Positions 59,021-61,467 of a stretch of 61,467 nt of DNA are shown here, piece after piece. The notes beneath the pieces are model-generated. The model made no database searches. It was given only the letters and a program-made list of their open reading frames with translations, and was not told where the DNA came from. This DNA is from Bacteroidaceae bacterium (GTDB taxonomy: Bacteria; Bacteroidota; Bacteroidia; Bacteroidales; Bacteroidaceae). Position numbers and translations under genes: made by a program. Position 1 is the stretch's first letter. Each line of letters starts with the position of its first letter. Where the stretch lies: contig CAVAIX010000001.1 of assembly GCA_963588695.1 (NCBI GenBank), positions 1 to 61,467 on the forward strand. Reading direction: 5' to 3'.

Positions 59021-59916
59021 AAGTGAACATCGGCCGGCTGTCTCTCAAGAACCCGGTCATGACGGCCTCTGGCACCTTCGGCTACGGACTGGAGTATGCC
59101 GATTTCGTACCCCTCGACCAGTTGGGCGGCTTCATCGTGAAAGGCACGACACTGAAGCCGCGCGAAGGCAACGACTATCCGCGCATGGCGGAAACACCAG
59201 CGGGCATGCTGAACTGTGTGGGACTCCAGAATAAGGGTGTGGACTATTTCTGCGAACAGATCTACCCACAACTCAAGGACATCGATACCAATGTCATCGT
59301 CAACGTCAGCGGGTCGTCACCCGACGACTATGCCGAGTGCGCCGCGCGCATCGATGCCCTGGAGCGCATCCCAGCCATAGAACTCAACATCTCGTGTCCC
59401 AATGTGAAAGGTGGTGGCATGGCGTTTGGCGTGACCTGTGCAGGAGCCGAGAGCGTGGTGAAGGCGGTGCGCGAGCGTTATCATAAGACGCTCATCGTCA
59501 AGTTGTCACCCAACGTCACCAATATTGCCGACATCGCTCGCGCCTGTGAGGCACAGGGTGCCGACAGCGTGTCGCTGATCAACACACTGATGGGCATGGC
59601 CGTCGACATCGAGAAGCGACGTCCCGTGCTCAGCATCGCCACGGGTGGACTGAGCGGCCCTGCCGTTAAACCTGTCGCCCTGCGCATGGTGTGGCAGGTG
59701 GCACATGCCGTCAAGATTCCAGTGGTAGGACTCGGAGGCATCATGAATGCCCGCGATGCCATCGAATTCCTAATGGCGGGAGCCACCGCCATAGAGATAG
59801 GTACCGCCAATTTCATCGACCCCACCGTCACCATGAAGGTGCGCGACGGCATAGACCACTGGCTCGACACCCACGGCTGCCATTCGGTGGGCGAAATCAT
59901 CGGATGCTTGGATTAA
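59008..59916 (+). CDS. pyrD: Dihydroorotate dehydrogenase family 1B catalytic subunit
   Basis: [35 protein letters not shown]. Confidence 0.96.
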   Translation: MANLKVNIGRLSLKNPVMTASGTFGYGLEYADFVPLDQLGGFIVKGTTLKPREGNDYPRMAETPAGMLNCVGLQNKGVDYFCEQIYPQLKDIDTNVIVNVSGSSPDDYAECAARIDALERIPAIELNISCPNVKGGGMAFGVTCAGAESVVKAVRERYHKTLIVKLSPNVTNIADIARACEAQGADSVSLINTLMGMAVDIEKRRPVLSIATGGLSGPAVKPVALRMVWQVAHAVKIPVVGLGGIMNARDAIEFLMAGATAIEIGTANFIDPTVTMKVRDGIDHWLDTHGCHSVGEIIGCLD

Positions 59917-59927
59917 CCTGCTGCATC

Positions 59928-61097
59928 TTAGTAAAGCAAGCCGAACGCCCATAGGGGAAGTACATTGGCATAGCCCGACTCAATGTCATCTTTCACTATA
60001 TATCCGTTCGCGACCTCTGATATCTGCTTTTGTCCCTTTTTGCGGCCACCAACCTCAAAGGTCATGCCATCCACAAGGAAGTCAGAGACTGGTGAAGAGG
60101 TCACGTCTCCCAACACCCGCATCTGGTTCATGAAAAAAGTCTCGCGTACGTTGCCTATGTTTGCCCGCTTGGGAGAAAGGGCGTATATCAGATTGGTGTT
60201 GTCCAAATAGAGTTTCTCCGTTTTCCCCAGCCCACGCAAACCTCCTACGGCATCACGCAGTTGCGCTATCATACCAGCCCGTTCCATATATATCAAGTAG
60301 TCTTGGATGTAGTTGCGACTTATCCCTGTGACATCTGCCAATTTCTGCATCACGGGTTTGAAAGGAACACTTTCCGCCACTACCATCAGCAGTTGCTTCA
60401 GTTTCTTTCCCACAGAGGCGTTGGCGTTCATATATAAGGGGATGTCACTCTCCATCGTCTGCGCCACCACTTGCATCAGTTCCATGTCGTATGCGTCGTC
60501 ACTACCAAAAGGATAGTAGCCCCGTTTCAGATAGTCGTGAAATAATGGCAGCGGATGCGCTACGCCTGGTATGTCATATTCATGTTTTAAGAGTTGACTG
60601 ACGCTGAGAGCCTCCATTCTCACACCATGGAACAAATGGAGGTATTCCCTAAACGAGAGTCCTTGCATCTCGTATATGGGCACACGACGGCTCAAGTCTG
60701 CCATACCCTTTGTGATGTCCAGTATGGAGGAACCCGAGATGATGAGTTGTAAATCGGAATAGCTGTCGTAGATTTGCTTCACCTCCATCGACCATCCTTC
60801 ATACTTGTGAATCTCGTCAATAAAGAGATGCTTGCCACCCATCTTGTAGAAATGGTCTGCTACGTCAACCAACGTGTGTGATGCAAAATATAGGTGGTCA
60901 GCCGACACATATAGCGTGTCTTTTAAGTCCAACTGCATCTTGATGTATTGCAAGAGCATGGTGGACTTGCCCACACCGCGTGGCCCCACCAAGCCAAAAG
61001 CGTGTCCTTGCCAAGCTATGCGATGGTACTCATAGCGTATCAAATCGGTGGGGGTGTCCCGAAGCTGTCGTTTGAAATTCTCGAATAGTTGTTCCAT
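59928..61097 (-). CDS. Second AAA_14/DUF4143-type ATPase
   Basis: Walker A GPRGVGKST, Walker B LFIDEIHKY, SGSS, DLSRR, GYYPF, KLYLDNTN, C-terminal DFLV..FEVGG. Confidence 0.88.
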   Translation of the reverse strand: MEQLFENFKRQLRDTPTDLIRYEYHRIAWQGHAFGLVGPRGVGKSTMLLQYIKMQLDLKDTLYVSADHLYFASHTLVDVADHFYKMGGKHLFIDEIHKYEGWSMEVKQIYDSYSDLQLIISGSSILDITKGMADLSRRVPIYEMQGLSFREYLHLFHGVRMEALSVSQLLKHEYDIPGVAHPLPLFHDYLKRGYYPFGSDDAYDMELMQVVAQTMESDIPLYMNANASVGKKLKQLLMVVAESVPFKPVMQKLADVTGISRNYIQDYLIYMERAGMIAQLRDAVGGLRGLGKTEKLYLDNTNLIYALSPKRANIGNVRETFFMNQMRVLGDVTSSPVSDFLVDGMTFEVGGRKKGQKQISEVANGYIVKDDIESGYANVLPLWAFGLLY

Positions 61098-61159
61098 CTG
61101 CCATTTGTTTTTGCTGCAAAATTACATTTTTTGCATCAAAAATGTGCAAGATTTGCCAT

Positions 61160-61184
61160 AAATTGCACAAATCTTGTGCAATTT
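61160..61184. promoter_or_regulatory. Perfect inverted repeat (11-bp arms) upstream of the ATPase promoter
   Basis: AAATTGCACAA-ATC-TTGTGCAATTT; minus-strand -7 element TAATTTTG at 61117-61124. Confidence 0.6.
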
Positions 61185-61278
61185 GTGTAATATCCATGCT
61201 TCGCTGCTTAGTGCCACGATTTCTGAGCCCGCAGCCTCCAGCCCCTTGCCTCCAGCCCGTCAGCGTATGATTAAGCAT

Positions 61279-61467
61279 TTACTCATGCATATTCTGGGCG
61301 TGACAAGCATCCACAACTGTAATGGTGTTCCCGTCAAATGTGTAGGCAAAGTACCACTTGTCCGTGTTGGCCATGAAGTAGCCCCGCTCCATCCATCTCG
61401 TTATCGTCGGCTCACGGCGCTGAAGACCATTCTCAATGCTGTAGATGGCATCATAGGCCTCCTGCAC
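61279..61467 (-). CDS. Hypothetical protein, 3' fragment (weak RelE/ParE-like C-terminus)
   Basis: Open to the window edge; ends WYFAYTFDGNTITVVDACHAQNMHE. Confidence 0.5.
   Translation of the reverse strand: MQEAYDAIYSIENGLQRREPTITRWMERGYFMANTDKWYFAYTFDGNTITVVDACHAQNMHE

Overview
A 61.5-kb chromosomal segment from a Bacteroidota anaerobe, most likely Prevotellaceae (TAnnTTTG promoters, SusC/SusD pairs, gene content). It is mostly core metabolism. In order: end of a biotin-dependent carboxyltransferase operon; panDC; a glycogen-synthase-like gene and DUF4270 lipoprotein; cobC; a GH51 arabinofuranosidase; a 2-oxoacid:ferredoxin oxidoreductase (Vor-type) operon; folD, ffh, buk-ptb; GDP-fucose synthesis (manC-gmd-fcl); glnS; a xylan PUL (two SusC/D pairs, DUF1735 lipoprotein, CBM-interrupted GH10); mtaB; RNase P RNA; an RpoD-family sigma factor; a CzcCBA-type efflux system; a serpin; ilvD-ilvB-ilvN-thioesterase-ilvC; pyrK-pyrD; and two stand-alone AAA_14/DUF4143-type ATPases. 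No transposase, integrase, tRNA, rRNA or CRISPR array was seen. The most interesting signals are non-coding. (1) Two intergenic promoter-to-hairpin units 29 kb apart (about 22730-22810 and 51860-51952), both apparently + strand, are complementary to each other over an 18-nt core, extendable to about 30 bp. This suggests an sRNA/anti-sRNA (sponge) pair, with a possible target in the 5' UTR of a small lipoprotein. (2) A family of palindromic repeats carries the promoters of ffh, glnS, mtaB and pyrK. (3) Both orphan ATPases are preceded by operator-like repeats with a related core. All family calls come from recognising motifs by eye; no database search was run.
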